Assembly (NCBI GenBank): GCA_964432125.1
Contig: CAYSMO010000003.1
Coordinates: 1 to 43,859, forward strand
Direction: 5' to 3'
DNA from: an uncultured Bacteroidaceae bacterium
GTDB lineage: Bacteria > Bacteroidota > Bacteroidia > Bacteroidales > GCA-2748055
Length of the DNA: 43,859 nucleotides
Position 1 is the stretch's first letter, and each line of letters begins with the position of its first letter. A program made the position numbers and the translations under genes. Under the pieces are notes generated by a model, which did no database searches, was not told where the DNA came from, and saw only the letters and a program-made list of their open reading frames with translations. Shown in pieces: positions 39,035 through 43,859 of this stretch.

Positions 39035-39375
39035 TCTCAATTGATAAAAAAGGCGATATATTGATCGCAAGATTTACCAGTGAAGACCGCTTCAACGCTT
39101 TAATTACCGAGCCGGCTAAGGAAATGCTTTTAAGTTATTATGCGGCGCCGGGCACAAAACTTGTTATCGATCTTGAAGGAATCAAATTCATTGACAGCTC
39201 AGGATTCGGTGTGTTTTTGTCCCTGATGAAAGCTGCAAGCAACAGTAATGGGAGTTTTAAGATTTGTAATCTAAAACCTGATGTCATGGAGCTCTTTCAG
39301 GTTCTTCAATTGCACAATGTGTTCGATATTTACAACAATGTTGATGAGTGCATCTCCAGTTTCAAGGAGGAGTAA
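39031..39375 (+). CDS. STAS-domain anti-anti-sigma factor (SpoIIAA/RsbV-like)
   Basis: VIDLEGIKFIDSSG with the phosphorylatable Ser; ATGA overlap with the Hpt gene. Confidence 0.9.
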   Translation: MISIDKKGDILIARFTSEDRFNALITEPAKEMLLSYYAAPGTKLVIDLEGIKFIDSSGFGVFLSLMKAASNSNGSFKICNLKPDVMELFQVLQLHNVFDIYNNVDECISSFKEE

Positions 39376-39383
39376 TATTTTTT

Positions 39384-39391
39384 TAGCTTTG
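39384..39391 (+). promoter_or_regulatory. Sigma-A -7 element for the lipoprotein-PepSY pair
   Basis: TAGCTTTG followed by an A-rich leader and ATG 39413. Confidence 0.6.
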
Positions 39392-39412
39392 CCAAAATTT
39401 AAAATAAAAATT

Positions 39413-39889
39413 ATGAAGCTTACTATTTCTACTCTCGCCGTTATAGCTTTTCTGATCTCCTGCAATTCAGATTCTGGAAAGCGTGAAGAAATAAATGAAG
39501 TTGTCAGGGTTATTCCTATCGAAAATCTCGAAAACTCAGCAATGGATTTAAGCGATAAAATAATACAGACTACTGGCATGGTTACCCATATTTGCAGGCA
39601 CGGAGGACAAAAAATGTTTCTTACGGATGATACAAAAGAGTGTCACATCCTTGTTAGGGTATCCTCATCCATTCCTGAATTCGACATTTCGCTTGAGGGA
39701 AGCACATTAGAAATTACAGGCAAGCTGGTTGCTACAATATCTGAAGCAATGGACCATGAGGGACATGATCATTCAGAAGAGGAAGAGTGCGCAGCTGAGA
39801 CAAAGATGAAAGAAAACTCAGGTTCGGATGAATGTACAACAAATGTTACCTATCACCTGGAAGCTTTATCCTACAAAGAGATTTATTGA
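39413..39889 (+). CDS. OB-fold-like lipoprotein with Cys/His motifs
   Basis: Lipobox LIS-C; G.VTHICRHGG, LEITG; His/acid-rich DHEGHDHSEEEEC; probable start ATG 39413. Confidence 0.8.
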   Translation: MKLTISTLAVIAFLISCNSDSGKREEINEVVRVIPIENLENSAMDLSDKIIQTTGMVTHICRHGGQKMFLTDDTKECHILVRVSSSIPEFDISLEGSTLEITGKLVATISEAMDHEGHDHSEEEECAAETKMKENSGSDECTTNVTYHLEALSYKEIY

Positions 39890-39918
39890 TAGCTTCCAAA
39901 AAAACAGACAGATCTATT

Positions 39919-40485
39919 ATGAAGTGGAGGAAAAGGAACCGGTGGATACACCGGAAGTTGGGATATTTGTTTTTTGGAATGGCAATAGTGTATGGTATGT
40001 CGGGCATTGCACTTAATCACCACATAGCCAGACACTGGACTCCTTCTCATATCGAAAAGTCAGATACCATAGAAGGGATCAATCCTGTCGATCGGGATGA
40101 AGTTACAAAGGATTATATTCAGGAGATATTAGAAATAACCGATGAAAAGGATAATTATAAACAGTTCTACTTCCCGGGCGATAATTCACTAATCATATAC
40201 CTTAAGAATGGTCATATTTCCGTTAATCTGGATACGGGAGGGGCACTAATCGTCAAAATCAGTAACAGAAAAATCTTCAGAGAGGTCAATTTTCTCCATT
40301 ACAATAAACCAAAAAAACTATGGACCTACTTCTCTGATCTTTTTGCATTCTCAATGGTGGCGTTAGCCATTACCGGACTCTTCATGGTTAAGGGTAAAAA
40401 AGGGGTCGGTGGTCAGAATGCAATACTTTTAGCAATTGGCGTTATAATTCCTCTGCTTTTTCTTATTGTTCATCTCTGGACGTAG
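39919..40485 (+). CDS. PepSY-associated TM helix domain protein
   Basis: RWIHRKLGY..SGIALNH, NFLHYN, WTYFSD..ITGL; three TM helices; probable start ATG 39919. Confidence 0.88.
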   Translation: MKWRKRNRWIHRKLGYLFFGMAIVYGMSGIALNHHIARHWTPSHIEKSDTIEGINPVDRDEVTKDYIQEILEITDEKDNYKQFYFPGDNSLIIYLKNGHISVNLDTGGALIVKISNRKIFREVNFLHYNKPKKLWTYFSDLFAFSMVALAITGLFMVKGKKGVGGQNAILLAIGVIIPLLFLIVHLWT

Positions 40486-40600
40486 GCGCAGAAAAACATC
40501 TTATAGATGATGATAGTAGGGAAAGCGCTCTTTTATCTATATTTTTATTATCTTAGACTGATCTGTTTTTTTCATCTATTATATACCTAATAATATCGAT

Positions 40601-43600
40601 ATGAGCGAAAAGATACTGAAGGCGTTAATGCAGCTTTTTGCTATTATTGCAAGGCCGGAAAGCTCTATAGATGATCGAAGAGCGATCGTAGAATCTTTTC
40701 TTATCAGACAACTCAATAAAGAGTTGGCAGAAGAGTTCCTGCAAGTGTATGATGAGTTTGTAAAAAGATTTGCAGATGAGGACAAGGCGAAATCACAAAA
40801 GGCAAGTCGGATTCTTTCAAGAAGATCTGTCAGGGTACTGAAGATATGCACCAGTATTAACGAAGAGCTTACCCAACAGCAAAAAGTTGTTTTTCTCATT
40901 CAGCTACTTGAATTTATTAAATCAGATGCTGAAGTTGCATCCGGGCAGGAGATGGAATTCGTAACAACCGTTTCTGATACTTTTAATATTAAGAGTGAAG
41001 AGTATGATAGTATAAGGGAATTTGTATTAAATGATAAAAAGATATTTGCTTCTTCCCATTTTCTTTTCGTGGACGATTCGGAAAATGGACGCGATCTTCC
41101 TGAAGGATCGAAACACATTCAGCGAAAGAATCTTTCCGGACAAATTAGGGTCATTCATATTCTGTCGACTAACCTCTATTTTGTTAAGTACATAGGGCAG
41201 GCTGAAATGTACATAAATGGCCAGCTGCTTGAACAATATAAAACTTATCCCCTGAATACCGGTGCATCGATCAGAAATCAGCAAATCATTCCCATCTATT
41301 ACAGCGATATTGTAAGCTCTTTCGTTGAAGACAGGGTTAAATCAAAAATAGTATTCCAGGCTGACCATATCGGTTTTAAGTTTCATAACGGTGCCATTGG
41401 ACTTCACGATATCAATTTTACTGAAACTTCAGGACGTCTGGTTGGAATTATGGGTGCAAGCGGAGCTGGAAAATCAACCCTGCTGAATGTGCTGAACGGA
41501 TCGAATAAGCCCACCAGCGGACAGGTACAGATAAATGGGATAAATATACACAGTGATGATCCCGCTGTGAATGGTATCATCGGATTTGTATCACAGGACG
41601 ATCTCCTGATAGAGGAATTGACCGTATACCAGAACCTGTATTACAATGCAAAACTATGTTTCGATAACTACTCTGAAGAGCAGCTTGACACGACCGTAAA
41701 CATTGTACTTAAAAACCTTGGACTATTTGAGATCCGCAACATCCAGGTTGGCTCGCCACTAAACAAGAAGATCAGTGGCGGGCAACGAAAAAGACTCAAT
41801 ATAGCACTGGAACTGATCCGTGAACCCGCTATACTTTTCCTGGATGAACCAACCTCCGGTCTCTCAAGCAGGGACAGTGAAAATATTCTTGACCTGCTGA
41901 AGGAACTCTCACTTAAAGGTAAATTGGTATTTGTCGTCATACACCAGCCGTCATCAGATATATTCAAGATGTTCGACCGGCTTTTAATCCTTGATACCGG
42001 CGGGTACCTGATTTACAATGGGAACCCCATTGATTCTATTCAGTATTTCAAAACCAAGGTGCAACACGCCGACTGGAACGAAAGTGAATGCCATGAATGT
42101 GGTAATGTAAATCCGGAACAGGTTTTCAATATTGTTGAAACCAGTTTACTGGATGAATATGGCAAGTTGACCCACACACGAAGGATCTCACCTCAACAGT
42201 GGAGTAAGTTTTTTAAAGAAGATTATCAAGAGGCAGAACAGCCAAAAGCAGAAAAGGAGGACCTTCCTGAAATATCATTTAAAACACCCTCGCGGTTTCG
42301 CCAGTTCAAAGTCTTTCTTAAGCGCGATATCCTAAAAAAAATTAGTGACACCCAATACCTGGTGATTAATTTCCTTGAAGCGCCACTTCTCGCCTTTCTG
42401 TTGGCATTTATTGTAAAATACTACAGCGTAAGTGTTACCAATAGATTTAACTATACATTGGCTGAAAACAGCAACCTCCCTGTGTATATCTTTATGTCTG
42501 TAATTGTAGCTATTTTTATGGGTTTATCGGTAAGTGCCGAGGAGATCATAAAAGATAGAAAAATACTTAAAAGGGAGGCCTTCCTGAATTTAAGCTGGTC
42601 AGGATACCTCTTATCAAAAGTTGCTGTTCAGCTCATGCTTTCAGCAATTCAGGCAGCTACTTTTGTCATTATCGGGAATACCATAATGGAGATTAAAGGC
42701 ATGTATTTTGAATATTGGTTGGTACTATTCTCTTCCTGGGCAGCAGCGAATGTTATGGGACTACTTATCTCCGATAGCTTCAAAACCGTGGTGACTATCT
42801 ACATTCTTATCCCATTTTTAGTAATCCCGCAAATCATACTTAGTGGCATCATTGTTAAATTCGAAAACCTGAATCCAAAAATATCTTCTCCAGAGAGCAT
42901 CCCTTTCTATGGTGAGGTAATTACAGCTCGTTGGGCCTATGAGGCTTTGGCTACTTATCAATTTATGGAAAACGATTACAATTCAAACTTCTATCTTGCG
43001 GAGAAGAAAAAAAGTGTATCTGGTTTTAAATCAAACTATCTCCTTAAAAATCTACAGAATAAAATCAACGTCGTAATTCAGAATTACAAAAATCCAGAAG
43101 ATCCGGAACTTATAAAAAATCATCTCGCACTAATTAGAAACGAACTCGAAAAGGAGTACAATGACAGAATGGTATTCAAAACCTATTGCGAGGATGTTCC
43201 GTCATATAACATTAAGAGCCTTTCAAACCTGGTCCCGGAAAAACTAAACGACTCAAATCTCAGGTATACGGAGGAATACATCAAAGCTCTCTCCCTTGCA
43301 TATACAGAGATTTATAGAAATGCCTTCAGAGAAAGCAACGATCTTAAAAACAGCTTTGAGCTTGAAAAACTTCAGGAGTTAAAAAGGAAACATCATAATT
43401 CCAGTCTGGAAGAGTTTGTTACGAATAAAAATGAATTTGAAAAAATCGTTGAATACGAAGGTAAGCTGATACAAAAAACAGATCCCATCTATCTGGATCC
43501 CAGATCAAAACTTATAAAGGCACATTTTTATGCGCCACGAAAGATGGTGTTTGGACATTTCTTCCCAACCTTCTGGGTAAATGTTTTTGTAATATGGGGC

Positions 43601-43687
43601 ATGACCATTGGCCTATATATTTTACTGTATTACAGGGTGTTAAAGAGAGTGCTTGATTTTTTTGAGAACTTTACCTGGAAGAAATAA
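40601..43687 (+). CDS. ABCG/White-type fused ABC transporter with N-terminal TerB-like extension
   Basis: GASGAGKST, ISGGQ, LFLDEPTSGL, IHQPS; NBD precedes an ABC-2-type TMD; ~250-aa N-terminal extension; CHECG linker motif. Confidence 0.9.
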   Translation: MSEKILKALMQLFAIIARPESSIDDRRAIVESFLIRQLNKELAEEFLQVYDEFVKRFADEDKAKSQKASRILSRRSVRVLKICTSINEELTQQQKVVFLIQLLEFIKSDAEVASGQEMEFVTTVSDTFNIKSEEYDSIREFVLNDKKIFASSHFLFVDDSENGRDLPEGSKHIQRKNLSGQIRVIHILSTNLYFVKYIGQAEMYINGQLLEQYKTYPLNTGASIRNQQIIPIYYSDIVSSFVEDRVKSKIVFQADHIGFKFHNGAIGLHDINFTETSGRLVGIMGASGAGKSTLLNVLNGSNKPTSGQVQINGINIHSDDPAVNGIIGFVSQDDLLIEELTVYQNLYYNAKLCFDNYSEEQLDTTVNIVLKNLGLFEIRNIQVGSPLNKKISGGQRKRLNIALELIREPAILFLDEPTSGLSSRDSENILDLLKELSLKGKLVFVVIHQPSSDIFKMFDRLLILDTGGYLIYNGNPIDSIQYFKTKVQHADWNESECHECGNVNPEQVFNIVETSLLDEYGKLTHTRRISPQQWSKFFKEDYQEAEQPKAEKEDLPEISFKTPSRFRQFKVFLKRDILKKISDTQYLVINFLEAPLLAFLLAFIVKYYSVSVTNRFNYTLAENSNLPVYIFMSVIVAIFMGLSVSAEEIIKDRKILKREAFLNLSWSGYLLSKVAVQLMLSAIQAATFVIIGNTIMEIKGMYFEYWLVLFSSWAAANVMGLLISDSFKTVVTIYILIPFLVIPQIILSGIIVKFENLNPKISSPESIPFYGEVITARWAYEALATYQFMENDYNSNFYLAEKKKSVSGFKSNYLLKNLQNKINVVIQNYKNPEDPELIKNHLALIRNELEKEYNDRMVFKTYCEDVPSYNIKSLSNLVPEKLNDSNLRYTEEYIKALSLAYTEIYRNAFRESNDLKNSFELEKLQELKRKHHNSSLEEFVTNKNEFEKIVEYEGKLIQKTDPIYLDPRSKLIKAHFYAPRKMVFGHFFPTFWVNVFVIWGMTIGLYILLYYRVLKRVLDFFENFTWKK

Positions 43688-43712
43688 ACCTGTCACTACT
43701 TCAATAAACAGA

Positions 43713-43742
43713 AATGCCATCTCACAAAAGTGAGATGGCATT
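43713..43742. terminator. Hairpin between convergent genes (likely bidirectional terminator)
   Basis: Perfect 13-bp stem AATGCCATCTCAC / GTGAGATGGCATT with an AAAA loop. Confidence 0.8.
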
Positions 43743-43775
43743 CTTGTAGTATCGAAACTCCGATATGGAGAAGAT

Positions 43776-43859
43776 CTATTCCACGATTTCAATCATTTTA
43801 AATGGAACCCTGATAATTGATTCATAATCTTCACCTGCTTCCAGCATATCCTCATCATC
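43776..43859 (-). CDS. SiaC/DUF1987 family protein, C-terminal fragment (truncated by the window)
   Basis: Minus strand reads DDEDMLEAGEDYESIIRVPFKMIEIVE*, matching the acidic D.DM.E.GED..PF C-terminus I recall for DUF1987; not in the ORF track. Confidence 0.8.
   Translation of the reverse strand, partial: DDEDMLEAGEDYESIIRVPFKMIEIVE

Noticed and set aside
39281-39412. Long N-terminal extensions in the ORF track (also 29270, 33274, 38510, 39832)
   Set aside because: Downstream ATGs give proper signal peptides or family N-termini and avoid overlaps.
1-43859. CRISPR array, tRNA/rRNA, IS elements, defence systems
   Set aside because: Intergenic gaps are short, and I saw no repeat-spacer arrays, cloverleaf motifs, transposases or known defence domains by eye; small ncRNAs cannot be excluded without a covariance search.

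Overview
Gene-dense chromosomal segment, roughly 40% GC by eye, from a Bacteroidota bacterium (probably free-living Bacteroidales/Marinilabiliales-like). Support for that assignment: TAnnTTTG promoter motifs, a T9SS type-B cargo, a PorE-like protein and several signal peptides followed by Gln. Most genes are housekeeping: uvrA, an ECF sigma, rsmE, tpiA, tmk, folP, cdaA, plsY, pckA, ppdK, xerD and a gcvT-comB-serC-serA-DUF1015-yggS-DHODH-like run. I saw no rRNA, tRNA, CRISPR, IS or prophage. The best leads are: (1) a canonical tmk in the folP/DoxX slot where I recall DUF1599 in other Bacteroidota, a possible clue to a Tmk substitute; (2) a signalling/export neighbourhood at the right end with Hpt+STAS, a TerB-like/FHA-like ABCG transporter and an unlisted partial SiaC/DUF1987 gene; (3) a ParB/Srx-fold DUF1015 and a ComB phosphatase flanking serC-serA with no serB; (4) a 1488-aa secreted beta-rich protein with an internal duplication. 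The first ~65 nt look like foreign high-GC DNA, probably an assembly chimera. All family calls come from motif recognition, not database searches.
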